Source: Camelus ferus (lineage: Eukaryota). From it: a DNA stretch of 64,000 nucleotides. Both the position numbers and the translations under genes were made by a program. The notes under the pieces were generated by a model. That model did not search any database. It saw only the letters and a program-made list of their open reading frames with translations, and was not told the origin of the DNA. Shown here one piece after another: positions 49,356 to 63,060 of the stretch. Location: positions 29,576,001-29,640,000 of the forward strand of contig NC_045696.1 in the NCBI RefSeq assembly GCF_009834535.1. The letters are read 5' to 3'. Within the stretch, counting starts at the first letter, position 1. The number at the start of each line of letters is the position of its first letter.

Positions 49356-51473
49356 AATAAAAGAAAGGAAGCCTTTTTAAAAGGAACAAACCTGATTATA
49401 TTTATAGCCTAATTAGGGCTATATATTTCTGGATAGTCAATTACTGCATATTTTGAATTACGAAATAATTATTTAACATACTATGTTTTAAAAAGAAGGA
49501 AAACAGGAAAATAAAACATGAGAGATGGAAGAAATCAACAGGTTTGTGAGTTTGATTTTTGCTTGTGCTTGTCTCTGAAGGTGACCTTTTTGGGAAAACT
49601 ATGTTATTTGTTCTCTGAGCTGTGTATGATTAGTTTCTTCTCATACACAGACAAATTAGGAAGGCTGCTGTGGTGCCCAGAAATCATCTGTTAAACAAAG
49701 TCAAAATTAATGATAAAATTGAGTTCCTTTGTGTTTGATTTTCATCTATCTGCACTCAATTATAAACGAGCTATCAAAGAAAGCTACCCATTAGCTGTTA
49801 ATTCATAATGACTTCAGAAAAGCAATCCCTACCCTGCCGCTGATATCTCGCCGACAACCTCCTACTCTCTGCAGGGCTTTAGCTGAAATGAAAAAGGAAA
49901 ACAAAACTATGTCATCTGAGCAGTTCATGATCCTGGGCCTTGCCTTGGAAAACTTCGAAATCAGGCTTAACATACGCAAGCTGTAATACGTTTTCACCTA
50001 CATACGTAAGAGAGACAAATGAACTAATTTTTCTTTCACTATAATTTATTGTACCTTCAATAAAACAGACATCCCAGATTTCTATTTCATTGTGTCAAAA
50101 GTAAACATCCTTCAAAGTTGAGAGAAAGTTTTCCATGAGGAAAAAGTCTAAAACAGAGATGATATGTGCTTCACCCAGAGAAAATAACATCTAATTATTT
50201 ATTTGGGGCAAGAGTAACATCATCTCACAGTTGGTCTTTTCTCTCTCTATAGTACTCATCTAAACGCCTAAACACTGTGACCCCTGGCACATCCCATAGT
50301 AAATCCATTTTATAGCCTCCTAACTAATTGGTTCTGAACTACAAGAAAAATGAATGAGGCATCACCCATTTATTCACAGATGATTTAAAGAAATATTAAA
50401 CCAGTTCTGGGTCCTGACTTGAAATGATTCCCTGTCCTTATTCACAGATTTACATACATCTGATTTATATTCTTCTTACTTCCCCAAAAAGAAAAAAAAA
50501 ACAGCTTGCAGTTTTTAAAATGTAATGTAATATTTAAAAATAAAATGAGAAGAAAAAAATCAGCAATTACAATGAAAACGGTCAGAAGAGAGAAGGGCTG
50601 GAGGGCAGGGAGGCGAGATAATGTTACCGGACTCTGGAGATGGACGGTTATCACCAGTGTACAATTCACTTAATTTTAAGTTTTCTGACAGACAAGAGAA
50701 AAGGGGGAACCATGAGACAAAAATAAGTATTTTGTATCTTCAGGAGAAAGGCAAACTCTTTTCTAATATTAGGTTCTCTAAACAGTGACTCACAGAAATC
50801 TTTGTTTTAAAAGTAACACAGAAAATGCTAAAGACTAATTAAAACAAATTGTGATTTCCAGACCAATATTTGTTTATTTTGTCTGTTTTTAACCCTGATA
50901 CCAACAGGATTCCTCCTAAACATAGCAATTCTATAGGTCGAAGATGCTTAAGCTCGAAGAAAATTTAAAATGACTAAACACACTTTATAAATTTCTTTCA
51001 CTTTCTGTAGAACATGCATATGCAAAAATATTTCCAGGAGTGGCAAATGCACTCACCTGATGATCTCTAACTTTTCATCCACGCAGTCAATAAACATGTT
51101 TAATAGTTTCTATGAATCAGACATTACGAGGTTCCAGAGACAGAAAGATGACCAAGATACTGACCCTCTCCTCAAAAAGTTCACAATCTTTAAAGTACAT
51201 GTCATCACAGTGAGTACGGTGGAAACAGGCCCTAGAGAGGCTTGTGGCAGAAGGGGTAACCGGTAAGTGAAAAGTGGAGTTTAGTATTATGAAAAACTTC
51301 ACCAAAAATAAATGGCACATAAACACTGTATCAAAGATTAGGAGTTTGTCAGATTGCTAAAACTGGGGAAAGCCCTTCCCTGTAAAAGGGACGCTGTCTT
51401 TGCATTTGTAGAGATATGACCAGAATAACGTTTAAGCAACAGCAAGTAATTCAGTGTGGATGTTAAATCTTAT

Positions 51474-51854
51474 TGTTATGGACTGAATGTGTGTGTCCCC
51501 CAAAACGTATATGCTGAAACCCAACCCCCAAGTGTAATGGTTTTAGGAGGTGGGGTCTATGGGAGGTAATTAGCATAGATGAGGTCAAAAGGGTGGGGCC
51601 CTCATGAATCGGATTAGTGCCCTTATAAGAGAGCTTGCTTCCTCTCTCTGTCCTCTGCCACTTGAAGAGACATTACCAATGAGAAGATGGCAGTCTATAA
51701 CCTGGAAAAGAGCCCCCCTCACTACTAGAACTCTACCATGCTGACACCCTGACCTCACACTTCTAGCCTCCAGATCTGGCAGAAATACATTTCTGTCACT
51801 TTTAAGGCACTCAGTCTGTAGTATTTATTATAGCAGCCCAAACAGACTGAAATA
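51474..51854 (+). mobile_element. MaLR LTR (MLT1A/B-like) inserted into an L2
   Basis: It runs from 'tgttatggactgaatgtgtgtgtccccc' to 'ttatagcagcccaaacagact'. L2-like sequence continues on both sides. Confidence 0.9.
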
Positions 51855-54599
51855 AGAATAAAGACAAAGCTAGAGAGGAACCCAAAGGCCAGGGCATGGA
51901 GGGTTTTGCATGGCAAGCTAAGGAGCATGGAATTCATCGTAGAGGCCAGTCTTGTTCAATTCTTTTAAAACAGATAAATCATTACTTAGACATAGTCATA
52001 CATGGGAGCCCAACTATAAAACACAAAAGGAATCTCCTTATTGCAGGTGAGTGCTGGGGAATCTGAAAACTGATCTGGTCAGCCCTTGTCACACAGTTTG
52101 AAAACCCTGGTTATAATCAAATATGGTTGGGGAGAGTTTATCACAAAGGTTTTAAAATAGAAAGATAAACATGAGCAGATTTCAAATTTTAGAATGATGG
52201 ATATGGCTATAATATGAAAATGGACTGAAGAAAGAAATAAGAACCCAAAAGATGAGTTATAAGGATAAGATTGTTTCAAGAAAAGAATAAGTAATGTAAT
52301 TCCGTATTAAGGCAGAGGATAGTGAAAATTTTAGAACATCAAGGATAAAGTAGAAATCCAAGTGACTACCAGGAGAAAAAACTGATTACTTGCATAGGAA
52401 TAAAAATCAAATTATCAGGATTTTTATCAGTAACACTGGATATAAGACAAAACTAGATCTATATAACAAATACACTTTAATCCTAGACAAGTATATAAGA
52501 TCTCAAGTCATCACTAAAAGAATTTCTACAGGATGTGCCTCAGGAAAAGAACGTGTTAACAAGTAAGCTGCAAAAAACAATAACTTGTGACAAGTTTTGA
52601 GTTGGCAGGTGGCACATAGCAAAGGAATATACCTATCCATGGCATAACTAGAAATGATCACTCAGGAACTGCAGAACATTGAGATCCTATCATAGGCCAT
52701 GACACAGTGGAACTCATCCATAAATCTATATGAAATACTATGTGACTATGTAGTTCAAATGATTCATAATGGGAAATGAGATTTATATTGCTTCATTCAT
52801 AGGTCTCAAATTTAAACTACCATCATCCAGTTATTTTTACTACTTTATTTTATTTTTTGTTATTAAATCAGAGTAGGAGAGGATGGAAACCAGTGAAAGG
52901 GAAATGAGGATATAGAAAGAACAGACGTACGTGATAGTAAAGTTCTTTCTAGGAATCTTTACAACATAAAAGAAGAAGAGGGAACATTCAGGGTTCATTA
53001 ATGGTGGCTATCTTCTTTTTTTTAATTGAAAATGAGATACTTAGCACTTTTATATGCTCTAGAAGAGAGAGTATGAACATTTGTGAGAAAAAAATGAGAT
53101 CATTAAGGGTCAAAATCCTAAGGAAAACAAACAAACAAAAAACACGAGTTAAAGAATAAATTGTTCATTATTAAAAATTACTTTTTTTTTTAAGTAAGAA
53201 ACGCAGGATTTAAGAAAAAGAAAACAAGGATTGCTGTCAAAATTTAGCAATTGTATTACCCTGCACGCTTTGAGAGTAAAATTTCCTAAAATAGATTCAC
53301 TATTTCATTTAGTCTCCTTATACAGTTGTTATCTTCGTAAGTCAGTATGAGACAAACTGACCATTGCCTCCCACACAGACTTGGTTAATTCCTGTACAGT
53401 CCTGCTTGGCTTTATATTCTTTTATTCTCTAATTGACCCCTGACAACCTATTCATTGTTCTACGTCTATTAACTCCTTCAAGACCAGACTTAAAATATAT
53501 TTCTTCCTATAATCATTCCCTAACTAATCCACCTGTGACCTTTGTTCTTTTCCATCTTCCCAGTTCCCTAAGAATCTATCTCTAATTCTTGTCCTCTCTG
53601 TTATCTGCTTTCTTGGGTTCTTTCTTGGCCCCATTGGTATTTAGGCAAAAATGAAGAAAACTAACAAATTAAAAAAAAAGGAAACAGCCACATATTCTAT
53701 TTATTCAGTCTTATTCTTCTGTTACAATCTTCTTAAAAAAATAAGCGTCTTTTCTACTGTATCACCAGCCACAGAATGCTCAAGGGACTCATTTGTTTAT
53801 GGTGAGTTTTCTCCAGGTGGACAATAAATTCAAAGTGCGGGCATTTTATCTTTTATTTCTTCACGTACATCCAGGGAAGACAGTGTAATACGTCAAGTGC
53901 AGAAAATATAAAACTAAATATGTGTGAGCTAAGATATTAAGAAAGAAGAGCAAAATTTGATAAAGAAATTAATGTGAAGCAAGCTCAAAATAGAAGGAAG
54001 TATTTCCACTTTCTACCTCACTTGCCCTCTAGGTAAATAGAGTTATGTTATAGATTAGCAAAACAGATTGCTTTGGAAATTTACATTTATTTTGTGTTTC
54101 CTATCAACATTCTAGAGAGCTTCAGAAAAAAAAAAGAACAGAAAAATGAATCAATTAGCCAATCAACGAGCCTTTATTCTCATCTACAGAGGAAAACCAC
54201 TTTCCTAGCATATTATTTAGGTTTATTAACATTCATGTTGTATTTTGAAAACACAAAGAATTATAAGCTCTGTGGTAAGGGAAAGTGCACCTAATTCTAA
54301 CTACACATTCTCCCACAATTAGATGTTTCAGGTTCTTAAAGGTTGATTAAGTTGAACCAGGTAACAATTGAAGTGAGTAAAGGATTTTCTGTGGGACATA
54401 GAGAAGAAAATCTTTATCACATACAATAATATGTAAAGACATAACAAGCAAGAAATAATCAGTCTGACCAAAATTTTATAATCATGGTGTATGACAGAAT
54501 GTAATACCCAATTGAGGCTCCAGAATTATAAAATATTCTTCTATGTAGTAGATGTACTTTTTCCTTCTTTCATTTAAATAAGGGTGCTTAAGAAGTAGG

Positions 54600-55850
54600 A
54601 ATTAAAAGAGGACAAACCTACCAAATTTCTGTTGAAATAAATAATAGCAAAGCAATGCAAAAAAGTATTAACAGAGAAGGACAGAAAAGGAGGTAGCTAG
54701 AAAATGGAAATTTCCACAAATTTTTGGAATGTAGAAAGTAGTTGGAGGGGTAAGGAACTAAGTAGACAGGCAAAGGTTAAAATATGGATGGCAGAGGAAG
54801 AACCTAAAGAGAGCTGGTCAGTCTGCTTCACAGAACCCCTAGAAGACCGGGCATCTGGAGGCACCTAGTAACATGGAAGAAGGTAAAATGCAATGTGAAG
54901 CACAAGGACTGTAGGCTCTTGAGCAGAGCCTTCTCTTTAACCCATACAGATAAATGTATATCCCTCCAAAATGCCACCTCTCACCCCTCAAATAGGAGGT
55001 AAGAGGTTCACTGAACTACGTGGGCTCGCAACGCAGAGACAACAAGCACAGCAAATGGCAAAGGCAGAAAGTGGGAGACTTGATGTCTTACTCAAAGTTG
55101 GGACCTTTATCTACTTTCCTTGTCATTATCCATGGATGCCAGTAGCCACATACAAACTCCTCAACCCCCTGCCCTTCCTCCCACCCCTTGTATGAGAGTG
55201 GAAGATGTATATCTGGAAAAAAATGAATGATCCTGGAGAAAAACTTCCAATGACTGCCATCAATATAAAGGTTGGCTCATGTTCTGACTACCAGACAGTG
55301 AAGACCACCAGGAACAAAGCTCACCAGGAACAGAATGATCAATTGCCTTTTCCTAACTCATTCTAAAATATGATTAACCATGAATCACCAGGCATTTCAA
55401 GACAGCCTGCAATGCGAAAGACAAAAGACTATAAAAACACAGGAAAAGAAATCTGAAAGAAACAGTGAAGCGGTAGGGAAGAAGAAAACTTAGGGGGAAA
55501 AAACATCTATAGTATTTTTTAAAAGATAAAAGTATCTTTGGGCATTTAACAATGACAGAATCTATGAAAAAGGTAAAGAACAAAGGCATGTCATTAGAAA
55601 TGGTCTTAATGTGATTATTAAAATAAAAGCAGTTAGAAGATAAGTAACTTCTCAAAGTGGAACAGAAAGTCACAAAGGTGGGCAACTTGACACAAAGACA
55701 AGACGGTCTAGGAGATTCAATATCCAAATATTAGAATTTCCTGAAACAGTGAACAAAAAATATGGAGGGAAGAAAACTGGTAAAGAAATAACACAAGAAA
55801 ATATTCCAGAAATAAAGGACAAAGCGCTTACAAGATTAACCTCCGGAAGC
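54600..55850 (+). mobile_element. Ancient LINE-1 5' region / ORF1 remnant
   Basis: The region is A-rich. 'ggagattcaatatccaaatattagaatttcctgaa...aaagaaataacacaagaaaatattccagaa' corresponds to the ORF1 motif RRxNI.IIG.PE...KEI.QENFPE. Confidence 0.7.
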
Positions 55851-56415
55851 AAATATTTAGATACTAATTTTTCAACATGCCACAACCCTGCCCAATGACA
55901 TCTTTCTTCCTAGCAATCTCATTCTAGCTCTCAATAATTAATTTCACTTTACATAATCAATCTGATCTCTTACCTTCTACAACCCAAACTGTTCCCACAA
56001 ACTACCTATCAGCTTTCTATTTTCAAGGAATTTCCCTTCAATATTCAGCACCCTGAAAGATAGGGATGATAGTCTCCACACAAAAAAGCAAAATCAAATA
56101 TGGTATAAAATTATTTGTTAAATCTGAGACAAGGCTTAAGTTCTATTTCTTCTGTATTCCTTTTTTTATTCCCTCTGTAAATCTTTAGCCTGACCAGCAG
56201 TATAGTATAATTGTTAGGAGCATGGATTTATATAATAATAGTAACTCATCTTACAGTGTCACCATGATGATTAAATTAAATATGAATGTAAAGTAATCTA
56301 ATTTTCTTCACATGTCTCATCTTAGAAAATTGCAAATGTAAGTATTAGGTTCCATGACCCTTTTCTACCAATCAATTGTGTAACATCTAACTATAATTCA
56401 GAAAGCAATATGATC

Positions 56416-56742
56416 TGCTCTGAACTGAATTGTGCCCCCCTCCAAGTTCATATGTTGAAGCCCTAACCCTCACTGTGATGGTATTTGAAGATGGGGCATT
56501 TGGAAGATAATTAGGTTTAAATGGGGTCTTGAGCCTGGGGGCCTGATGGCAGGATTAGTGCCACATGAGGACACAGCAAGAAGGCAGTCATCTGTAAGCC
56601 AGGAAACGAATTCTCACCAGAGCCCTACCATGCTGGCTGATCTCAGACTTCCAGCCTCCAGAACTGTGAGAAAAAAAAATTCTGTTGTCTAAGCCACCCA
56701 GAGTATGGTATTTTGTCATGGTTCCTTTAGGTGACTAACATA
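56416..56742 (+). mobile_element. MaLR LTR (MLT1A/B-like)
   Basis: It runs from 'actgaattgtgcccccctccaagttcatatgttgaagccctaacc' through 'tctcagacttccagcctccagaactgtgagaaa' to 'gtatggtattttgtcatgg'. Confidence 0.9.
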
Positions 56743-57019
56743 TTATCCTTTGAAAAGGTTACAGATCTGGTATCAAGAAATATCTCTTCTAGTCCATTTT
56801 ATTACTGATTTGGCAAGGAAAAATTAAAGTACACAAGAATCCTAAACCCTAAAGAAAGATAATTCGAATTGTCATTGCTAGTCATATGGATAGACTGGAA
56901 TGAATTAGAAAAAAATGAAAATCAGAAGAAAAGAAAGGAATTCTTCAGTTTGCCTCCAACCCATCTTTCAGGTTTACTTTCCCTAACCTCTCACTTTTCC
57001 TTCCCTGGGGTCTTTGACT

Positions 57020-57515
57020 ACTTCCTGAGCTACATCTTACTAGTCAGTTCAGATCTACTTCTCACCAGCTCTCTGCCCCAGGAGGCCGACTAACGTGGAC
57101 TATATTCCCCAGAATTCTGGCTTCCCATTGGGTTGGCCAGTGTAGAGCCACAGGAAGGGGTCAGAGAAAGGGAGAAGAGTGAGAGACTAGAGCACTTATT
57201 TCCTTTCTGGCTCTGGCTCCTTCCCTGCAAGTTTATCACGAATTAACTGTGTCTCATCAAAGAACAGTGCTACCCTCAAGATGGTAGATTCTGTACCCCT
57301 CTGGGTTCTAGTCATTGACCCATGTTCCTTGCGGCCAAGGCAAGGTAACATATGGGTGCTATTAAGTCCCCGTACCCCACCCTCCTTTGAAATCTAGAAT
57401 GGATCCCTTGGGTGTTCAACTTTGAAAACAGCCTTTCAGAAGGGGAAAAAAAAAGTTCAAACTGTCCTATTTTCAGTGTGCCATTTGCTTCCTGTTGGAA
57501 CTTCAATCAATACAC
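57020..57515 (-). mobile_element. ERVL-type LTR (LTR33-like)
   Basis: It contains 'tctctgccccaggaggccgac', 'ctggcttcccattgggttggcca' and 'gtgtgccatttgcttcctg'. Confidence 0.6.
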
Positions 57516-58776
57516 ACACTTTTATTCATGCAGTTCACTCAGGTTAAAACGTCCTTCTTCCCTCTATCTCTCTGGTCAACTTCTAAACAAACATGTTACC
57601 AAGCATGCTTGAATGTCACTGCCCTTCTGTTATTTCCACTGTTACCATCACAGAATGAATAAACTGTTCACTGGTATTCTGCTCGGACAGCACTTTGTTT
57701 TCAAAGTGCACGCACACCCCCACATATATATCACAATTCAGTATAAGCATCACAGATCAAGGACAGCACCTGACACACAACAGGACGTCAATCACTTTGT
57801 TAAATTTCTATGAAACAACCTGAGAAGTTATTTTTCAAAATAATTGCTATTAAAAGTGTGTATTTTAAAATAATGAACAAAAAATACTTTTCCATAAATT
57901 AGTTTGGCTATGTATCCAGAAGAAAAAGGAATAAAGGCATGAGTAATATACATCTCATTTTCCTTCAGGAACAGTTTTCTATTTTTTCCTTATATCTTTA
58001 TAGCCTTGAATGTTTAATTCACCTTATTATACTACTCTATTTTTAAAGTATTTTGTTTGGTAAACTTATTTAAAAACATAGAAAGGAGACATTTACATGA
58101 CCATATAAGCAATTAGGTATCTTCTTTCAAAGCGTTCAACAAGACCAGGTGTTTTGCATAGAAAACAAAGCTATTAATTTAATGATAGATAACAATTCTT
58201 TTTTGTTAAGGTTACCAGGTAATTCATAAGAGAAACATCCACAAGTGAGTTATAAAGGTCAATCCCTTGTGGACTGAAATAAATTTTTAAGTTCAATTTA
58301 AAACAAGATTTTTAATTACCAAGATAAACTACCTAGGGACAGTTTCAAACTGAAAGACCAAAAACCTCAAGTTAGTTGAATTTTTATGGAGAATTTAACC
58401 CCACCCCCAAAAGAGAATCTGATACATTTCCCATAAATAAAAAAACTAATTATATCACCATACTGACATTATAATAGCATCTAAACATTTCTTCAAAATG
58501 CTAAACTTCTAAATACTATGAATAATATTTTAGGCCTAAATTTCAAGTTAATCTATCTTCACTACAAATTTTAGAGAATAATAATGAAGAAAGATTGATT
58601 ATACAACAGTTTACTTGGTATTTGTTGAGTGTTTACTTACCATTAGATACAGATTTTTAAAGCTAAGGAAAAAGGTTAAAGATGCTTTTTAAATTTTTCT
58701 GATTATTTCATTTCATCCAGGTCACATAAATTTATGAAAGAAAGCATAGTACAGTACATAGCTTAGAGTCAAAAGC

Positions 58777-59123
58777 ATCTCAGTCCGTTTGGGCTGCTAT
58801 AACAAAATACCAGGGACTGAGTGACTTACAAACAACTGGAATTGATTTCTCACAGTTCTGGAGGCTGGAAGTTTGAGATCAGTTGCCAGCATGGCCTGGC
58901 TAGGGCCTCCCCAGGCTGCAGACTTTTCACTGTACCTTCATATGATGGAAGGCGGCAGGGATCTCTCTGAAGCCTCTTTTATGAGGGCACTGATCCTATT
59001 CTGAGGGCTACACCCTCATGACTTAAGCATCTCCCAAAGCCTCACACACTGGTACCACCACATCAGGAATAAGGATTTCAACACATGATTTTCTGGGGGA
59101 ACACAAACATTCAGACCATGGCA
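58777..59123 (-). mobile_element. MaLR LTR (MLT1A-like)
   Basis: It runs from 'tcagtccgtttgggctgctataacaaaatacca...ttctcacagttctggaggctggaag' to 'acacaaacattcagaccatggca'. Confidence 0.9.
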
Positions 59124-59257
59124 GAAAGTATAACAGATTTGGAGTTGGATGGAAAAGGCAAATGCCTATCATTATTCTCTGTATGTATCAATAATCATCC
59201 ATTCTTAGTAATCCACTTTTCCCAAACAACATGTAAAAACTAGTTCATTCACTGTAT

Positions 59258-59540
59258 AATAACAAAACAGAAACAGAATCACAGATATAGAAAAAAAACT
59301 TACAGGTTACCAGTGGGGAGGGTGGGAAGGGAGGAGGTAGGAGTATGAAATTGAGAGATAAACCAGTAAGCGTAAAATAGACAAGCAGCAAGGATACACG
59401 GGACAGCAAGGGAAATACAGCTATTGTTTCATAATAACATTAAGTAGAATATAAGCTATAAAAATACTGAATCACTATGTTGTACAACTGAAATGAATAT
59501 AACATTGTAAATCAACTAGACTCCAATTTAAAAAACTGCA
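59258..59540 (+). mobile_element. LINE-1 3'UTR fragment
   Basis: It contains 'ggttaccagtggggagggtgggaaggg' and 'actgaatcactatgttgtacaactgaaa...aacattgtaaatcaacta', homologous to the other L1 tails in the window. Confidence 0.88.
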
Positions 59541-61087
59541 AAACAAAAATTCATTTACCATTTAAAGTAAAGAGTAAGTAAGGTGTTGGAACTAATTTAA
59601 GACAAAAAAGTTTCTGCAGCACTTCAAAAATTAGCAAATTCAGTTCTTAAAAACAAAATAAATGGCCATAAGACTTAAAGCAACAGTGAAACCAGTACTA
59701 TAACAGTTGCCTTGCCTCAGTTTCCTATAGACCTTAGAAAAATCAAGCTCCTTGGTTTATTCCTTCAAACATTGAGCATAAAAATGGCTTCAACATTCAA
59801 TAAATATTTCTTCAGTGCCTCCTCTGTGCCAGGTGCACTTCTAAGAATTAAGAATATACAGTATTAGCAAACGACAGCAAAGGCCCCTGCTCTTGTGGAG
59901 CTTATATTGACTTGGAAAAGGGATTATTTATATTAAATTTAAATCCCTCTTATTGTATACTGTAGCTACTTTTTCTCCTTTTCACTATAGATTAAGAAGA
60001 ATCTTGGCTGCCATCCCAGGTTAAAATGTCTCTTTATTCCAGACAATATGCTCTTCTGGTAACTATATGAGGAGTGGCAATATTTCAGGAATTTCAGATA
60101 CACTTATAATTTCATTATTTGTAAACAAACAAACAAACAAACAAAAAACCCTGCAGAACAAACACACAGTGTATTGTGATTTTAAGTAAATTTTAAGTAC
60201 CTCTGGTTAATATTATTAACTAAAAAATGCCAATAAAAATAATAATTTAGTCAGAGGATTTATTGTGATAAATGCTATGAATGCTATCACATGTCCAAGG
60301 AAGGGAAAGAACTGAAAGGGACATGGAAACATTATATAACTATATGAGGAGGGGCTAAAATCAAGTGAATCTTTAAGGATTTAGATAGCCTCTTATATAA
60401 TCAAATCTGAAATCTATAACCCAGACTTTGGGTCTCATCCTTTACAAGCTTCCCTTCGGGAGACAGGAAAGGGCAGCTGTGTCGGCTCTGCACACCCTGA
60501 ATGCAGAACTTCAGGGTCAGCCAACGCAGAGGGAATGTAGAGGACAGGCAGGCCCCTAGGCTAATCCAAGGGGCCTCAAGGCAGGAGAACAGGAGAAATA
60601 GAGCCCTGATGTCAAAGACCAGAAAGAGATCAGAAAAATCATGTCCCCACAAGGCATGGGTCTCCAACACAGTACTGCCTCCCACGTTCATGTGGCTCAT
60701 CACAAAATCCATTATATCAAGTCTGTCCTTACAGATAAAACTTCTCTCCACATTTGCTGATTTGAAGACAGGTTCCTTTTTTTTTTTTAAATCAAATTTT
60801 CTGGTTCCTGGGCTAAACTTTAGCGCTTACTCAATCACTCCTCATACAAGGTTTCCAAATTTGATAATACAACTAGTAAGTGTGGTACCTTATCAACCAG
60901 ACAGTTCTAATCTGACACATTTCAAATTATTGATGACTTCTCTTAAATTTTCCTCTATTTGAAAATTCACAGTTTTTCCCATAATTATCATGCATCAGTT
61001 TACATTTCAATATTTTAAATCCAACTTTGCAAACAAAACAAAAAGAAAATGGTAAGTTCAAATAAAAACAGGAGGGAGGAAAAGTAC

Positions 61088-61203
61088 CTTTAATTTGGAT
61101 CCATGAGGTATTACAACTGATCTATTCTGCTTTGGTGGGATATACAGCTCCCATTTTCCAAAATCCATTTTTTTATATGGATATGAAAATGGATTCCAAT
61201 TAT
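61088..61203 (-). CDS. GBE1: 1,4-alpha-glucan branching enzyme, exon 3 (116 nt)
   Basis: The minus strand reads tttcag|AT AAT TGG AAT CCA ... AAA TTA AAG|gtactt. It translates to [38 protein letters not shown], matching mammalian GBE1 (human [38 protein letters not shown]). Confidence 0.97.
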
Positions 61204-61539
61204 CTGAAAAAATAAAGAAGATTAGTTAAGAACAGCATAATAAGACTGATAATGAATTTCAAGCAAAGTATAATATACTGTCTACTTATACAGAATCAAA
61301 TTGCCCAAAAAACATTGTTTTCTAAGGTACTAAACAAAGCACTCTACTAGCCATTTAGAAAAAGCAGGTTATTCTTAATTTATTTTTAAGATATGTACTG
61401 GGAGGTTTGACTTTTGCATCTTAAAATCAAAGATTACAACATATTTTCCATTGAACTTTCAATTCTAATACTTCTATCAATAAATAGAATGATGGATCCT
61501 TTCTAAAGAAAAATCATCAACAAAGGGAGATAATATGAA

Positions 61540-63060
61540 AAAACAGAAATGCATTCTAGGTAATTAGATAAGACAGGTCATGATAGAAATAAAAATGGTG
61601 AAAAATAATTAAAATCGTATTACCCAAATCCACAACAGTGTAATAGAACTGGGTTAAAATCTAAAGAAGGGCCTCAAGCAAGAAAAGTAGGTTGTAAACT
61701 ATAACAGGCAAAGAACAGGTGGATTGCAGGTGCTGGAAGAAAGCCAAATGAACAACAGACCCATGCACAGAGGGAAACTTAACATATAATAGCATTAAAA
61801 ATCAGTGAGTAAAGGACACACTGTTAAATAAGTGGTTCAGGGACAAGTGGTTATCCTTACCAAAAGAAAGAAAAGAAAAAAAGAAAAGTAGATCTCTACC
61901 CAACAATATAACAAAGAATCACTTGAACATATAATAATATTTAAATATGATAGACAAAACGGTAAAATGCTTAGAAGAAAATACAGGAAAATGTATTTAT
62001 AATCTTGGGCTTGAAAGAATTTTTTAAAATGAGAAAACACACACACACAAACACAAACCCACAAAACCTTAAGGAAAAGCCAAATAAATTTGACTACTAA
62101 GATTATAGACTGATTACAGACTGATCTTCATGCATTTATCAACAGACAGAATGACAAGAAAATCTACCAATTGGGAGAATACATTTTTAATGAATACACC
62201 AAGAAACAGCATCCAAAATATATGAAGATCATCTATAAATCAATGAAAAAATAAACCAATAAAAAAATCAACAAGGATATTCAGGGGAGGACACACGAAT
62301 TGCCAATAAACACACACAGTGATATTCAAGTTCACTAGTAATTAAGGAAACACAAATTAAAACAACAGGGAGATGTCATTACCCACTCGTTGGATTAGCA
62401 AAAATTAAGTTTGAAAATATCAAGTAGTCAGCAAGGATATAAAATAACACGGCAGCTGAAGGTACAAATTGGTAAAATAATAGCAAAGTTGAAGATGTAG
62501 TAAGTCCATGACCCAACCATCCTACTCCTAGAAATTCTCACAAATGTGCACAAGAAAACATTCAAAAATGTTCACTGAAGAATTGCCACAATAGTAAAAA
62601 ATGGAAGCCATCGAAATTTAAATCAGCCACAAAATGGGTAAAAATCGTGTAATTAAAAAATGGGATGCTATATAATGCTCTAAACTGACTGGATTACAGT
62701 GAATATATCTATATCCATCTAATATATGTATCTATCTATCTATCTATCTATCTATATATATATAGCCAAAAGTTTATGTTAAAGGATCTAAAAATATAAT
62801 TTATATTGTATTCAAGGAATATGCAAAATAGTATTATATAATATGATACACACATATGTAGTAAAAATATTAAAGAAAATGAGAATGTTAAACATCAAAT
62901 TCTATTGTGATTTACACTGGGTAAAGGAAATGGAACACAAGAAGGTTTAATAATATCTGTGATGTTTGCTTTCTTAAGGTTGGTGTTGTACACCAGGCTA
63001 CTTATTACATTTTTCCCTCTTTGTTTATACCTAAACTATTTTACTGTTTAAAAAAAAAAA
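61540..63060 (+). mobile_element. Ancient LINE-1 (ORF2 3' part and 3'UTR, L1M-type), with a (TATC)n microsatellite near 62729-62755
   Basis: Degenerate ORF2 motifs 'tagaagaaaatacaggaaaat', 'ttcactagtaattaaggaaacacaaattaaaacaaca' and 'atgacccaaccatcctactcctag', ending in an A run near 63050-63060. Confidence 0.8.

Noticed and set aside
60501..60962. 153-aa ORF and the overlapping 116-aa minus-strand ORF
   Set aside because: There is no recognisable homology. The frame runs through a T homopolymer and is explained by locally higher GC.
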